Assembly (NCBI GenBank): GCA_965655095.1
Contig: OZ296651.1
Coordinates: 117,676,001 to 117,740,000, forward strand
DNA: 64,000 nucleotides
Source: Haplodiscus bocki
Lineage: Eukaryota
Direction: 5' to 3'
The position numbers and the translations under genes were made by a program. This document shows, piece after piece, positions 60,783 to 64,000 of this stretch (its first letter is position 1; every line of letters starts with the position of its first letter). The notes below the pieces were generated by a model. It saw only the letters and a program-made list of their open reading frames with translations. It was not told the origin of the DNA and did not search any database.

Positions 60783-61796
60783 TCATCTCATGTTGTTTGC
60801 ATTGTTACTTGCCGGCAAATTTGCGTTAGCGTGAAAAAGGCGTGGTGGCTGGTTTGTATCATCTCCATTCCAAGGAATCACATTGTACTTCAAGTTCACA
60901 GGGATCTCAATCGCTGGAGTGATTCGACAAATTCTCACCCTTTGAACATTTTGCGCAATGTTTTCTTCTGTTAAAGCAGTTTTGTAGAAGCCTGACACTC
61001 TCCACCCATAATTGTTATTAACATGGTTAGCAACACGCATGACAGCTTCTCTCAAAAGTCCCCTGTCAATTGATGTGTATGCCGATCTAATGATAGCTTC
61101 CTCACAAAAAAGTTTGGTCAATGACAAACTTTGCAGAATATCACCTGTTAGAGGAACATCGTCTTCGTTCAGTATGTCCTGACTAACTACCCTTGCTGAC
61201 ATGACCCATGCTGACAAAGTTGATTTTTGCAAACATGCACAAATGCTTTCGTTTTTTCTATTTCTTCTGTCGCACAAAAAACCGGAACAAGTCGGAAACA
61301 CAGGAATAGCGTGCAAAAACGAAAAGGGTCGGTGTGGGAGACAGAAGTGGAACATTGCACCCGTCGAGGGATTCAAATCGATAGGATTAGGCTCCATTGG
61401 CAGGTCGTCGGTAACTACCTCTAACGGAAGAGACACGTTGAAAATTGGATTGGTTCGATCGTTACCAAGGCAGGAGTTGGAAAAAATAGCTTCTTTCACA
61501 TCAACGATGGCACCAATAGTTAATTTTCGGTCAGCAAAAAGGAGTGAACTTTTCTGCGCAGAATCTGCTATCATTGCAAAGCATTCTCGCGTCTGGATTT
61601 CGCCGATGATGAATAGGCGATCATAGTTTGTGTCAGGGGTCATTCTTTTAGCTTTTACAGCTTGCGGTCGAAATAACTGTAGGGGACGATCAAATTTTTT
61701 AAAAACCAAAACAACACCTCGGATATATGTGTTCTCACTGTTGCGCAAGAAGTTGGGAGCAGTTATTTGGGCCGTATTTACACGGGTGGTCATCAT
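60783..61796 (-). CDS. 337-aa accessory protein of unknown function (unit 4)
   Basis: Open 1014-bp frame from ATG-ATG at 61796; homolog of 8197-9210. Confidence 0.8.
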   Translation of the reverse strand: MMTTRVNTAQITAPNFLRNSENTYIRGVVLVFKKFDRPLQLFRPQAVKAKRMTPDTNYDRLFIIGEIQTRECFAMIADSAQKSSLLFADRKLTIGAIVDVKEAIFSNSCLGNDRTNPIFNVSLPLEVVTDDLPMEPNPIDLNPSTGAMFHFCLPHRPFSFLHAIPVFPTCSGFLCDRRNRKNESICACLQKSTLSAWVMSARVVSQDILNEDDVPLTGDILQSLSLTKLFCEEAIIRSAYTSIDRGLLREAVMRVANHVNNNYGWRVSGFYKTALTEENIAQNVQRVRICRITPAIEIPVNLKYNVIPWNGDDTNQPPRLFHANANLPASNNANNMR

Positions 61797-63118
61797 CTGG
61801 AACAATCTCTTCAAGCATCATCTTATACAACGCGGTTTACACAGTGACATTTTGTCAACCTATTCAGGACGCAGAACTAATTTTTCTCAAAATTTAAAAC
61901 AAACTAGATGAAGTTCAACATGATCAAATACAATTTCATCAAAATTCCACGTCACAGTGAGTATCGTTAGTATACATTAAAATGTTTGATAGAAAAGTTC
62001 TTGCTATTTTTCTATTGAAAAAATTTACATGTTCCTTTAAGTGATGCCACGCAAATGGTGCAACTGACTTCCTTCAACATTTTTTCACGTTTCAACGGTC
62101 TGAAAGTTCAGTCTTTAGTGAATGAGGAGTATGTTTGGTCACAATTACAATCTTCAATGAACTTTCACTGAATATTAATGGCTGTAAATGCAAAAGAAAA
62201 GAGTATACGGATTGAAAACGTGTTAATTCAGGATAAAAATGTTCTTTTATATGACAACCAGTCTAACATGAAAGAAAAATTTTTTTTTAAAAAAACAATT
62301 CATTGCACAGACAATGAGAGCAATTCAAAAGAAATGAAACAATCGGCATTTTTTGACTTGAACAAATGAAGTTAACTTGAAGCTACGTAAAACAATATTT
62401 CAAGGCAAGTAATCTGTGGAATGTTTCATTTCAATGAGAAGTTCAATTAGCTACAAAAAAACATTAGGCATAAAGTCAATGCTGAGCAAAGAGCAACAAT
62501 CATGGGTTTAGCAGTATTCGAAGTTTATGGAAAAACGTAACTGAAAGAAACTAACATACAGAAAAAAACAACACAACATGCCAAATTCAAAGTTTTCACG
62601 AAAGACACCGACATTTATTCCAGAAAATCATTTAACTTTGTTAAGAAGTTACAAAAACTAAAAACTCAGATCACTTTAAAGTCGATTCCAATTGTATGCA
62701 CAGTAAAACAACCAATAAGTCCCATTTGTTTGCTGCATGATAAAATAGGAATATCTGTTTAATCGAATTTACCGAAAGAAGCCTTCATAACATTGGTCGT
62801 CCAAGTTTACCACTACACTTTTTTCTCTCTTTCAGCTGCAAAAGGATGTGATTGCTTTCAGAACCCCAGTCGACAATGAGCAGGTGTACGTATTCTACGA
62901 CGCTCTGTTAAAACAGTGGGCATTAAACAGTTACAATTGATCAGAATTTTGTCGGCCACATTATGACAATTTTCCAGTCAACTTTCATAATTTGAAATAA
63001 AAGAACGAGGAAAGGGAAGAAACACGCCATTAACAAAAAATCAAACACAGGGTACCATGTTAGAGACTGCGTTCATTAATCAACAACTACTTCACGAAGG
63101 TTTTGTTACTTGTACTTA

Positions 63119-63879
63119 TCACAGGTCAGAAAAACGTAGTACAGTACCCAAAACTCTTTTCCTTAGAATGTACATCAAGTTGGAAACACCGTGACGAGAT
63201 AAATGCAAGCCATCCATCAAATTCCTCTCGGAGCTCATTTTGCTAGCAACCGACACAAAATTGTATTGACCCGAAGAGTTTCTGAGTCCATCGTTCACCC
63301 TTTTGATATCTAGGAAGCAAGGTTCGGATCTCATGACTAGAGCCAGACAGTATACTCTGTAACACATTGGAGTGGCCAGACGCACGAGGTACATAATGTC
63401 TCGAACCACCTAAGAGTTTACAAATTTTTTTAAGCTGAAGATGCACTTCGTCTGATTTTGTTCAACTTTCTTCAAATTTTGGAGAAAACAAAAAGAAAAT
63501 ATTTTCAGTTGCATTTGAAGGTCATTAATTGGAAAATGTTTTCGCAGGGAAATATTGCCCGCGTATCGACTCATACACAATGCACCCTGATGTTGCAACC
63601 AGTATTTTTCTAAAACGTTTTCAGTCGCAAGCAATTTGACATTGTGTGGAATAAATTACTCACTTGCTCAGGACTCTTTCCCCGTTGTCTGCCCCGGCTT
63701 GTAAGTCCATTTCCCCCGATGAACAGAATGATTGATTCATAAAACGTTGTTAGGTTTCTTAAACAGTCAATTACCCCACGGCAAGATGCCGTGGCACCAG
63801 GGAAGAACTTCACTTCCAGGTTTTCGTGCTTCCTGGCAAGTCTTCTTCCAAGAGAATCAGCTATGATAAGATGTTTCAT
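63119..63879 (-). CDS. Two-exon SGNH/GDSL hydrolase, 168 aa, intact (exon 1 63879-63664, intron 63663-63410, exon 2 63409-63119)
   Basis: GTGAGT donor and TTAG acceptor are conserved while the intron interior diverges. Motifs IIADS, PGAT, IGGN, DGLH. Confidence 0.85.
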
Positions 63880-64000
63880 TTCGATCTGCAGAACATTGAA
63901 AAGCAACGACAAGGGGCGATGACAAAAAAAAACGACAAATAATGATTCCAACAGCATAGGTACACTATGATGGAACACACAAAACAATTGTCATTAGCAT

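Larger units (their letters stand above)
59457..64000 (-). mobile_element. Helitron-like long module, unit 4 (truncated by the window end)
   Basis: Starts at junction variant CCAGTGGGTGGTCA. Same terminus, 337-aa ORF and SGNH gene in the same order; more diverged than units 1-3. Confidence 0.88.

Overview
Eukaryotic DNA (a GT-AG intron is demonstrable; I cannot identify the host from sequence) that consists entirely of one uninterrupted head-to-tail array of rolling-circle (Helitron-like) transposon modules. All modules join at a shared motif, CCA(C/G)TGGGTGGTCA, at 4768, 5815, 6862, 23803, 40418, 41463, 58401 and 59457. Long modules: a divergent partial copy (1-4767), three complete ~17 kb copies (6862-23802, 23803-40417, 41463-58400) and a partial copy (59457-end). 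On the minus strand they encode a ~2700-aa polyprotein with an OTU protease, Cys-rich regions, an HUH Rep, a PIF1 helicase and a C-terminal SLX1-type GIY-YIG nuclease. They also encode a two-exon 168-aa SGNH/GDSL hydrolase and a 337-aa Cys-cluster protein of unknown function, and carry decayed extra ORFs. Four ~1.05 kb non-coding modules sit between the long ones. They share the ~580 bp left terminus and carry their own stem-loop, which shows compensatory base changes. No complete long copy is fully intact, and the lesions are partly complementary. Most interesting candidate system: a Helitron lineage with an SLX1-like nuclease and an esterase, apparently building tandem arrays at its own terminus together with short non-autonomous satellite modules. 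Domain calls come from motif recognition only; novelty needs database searches.
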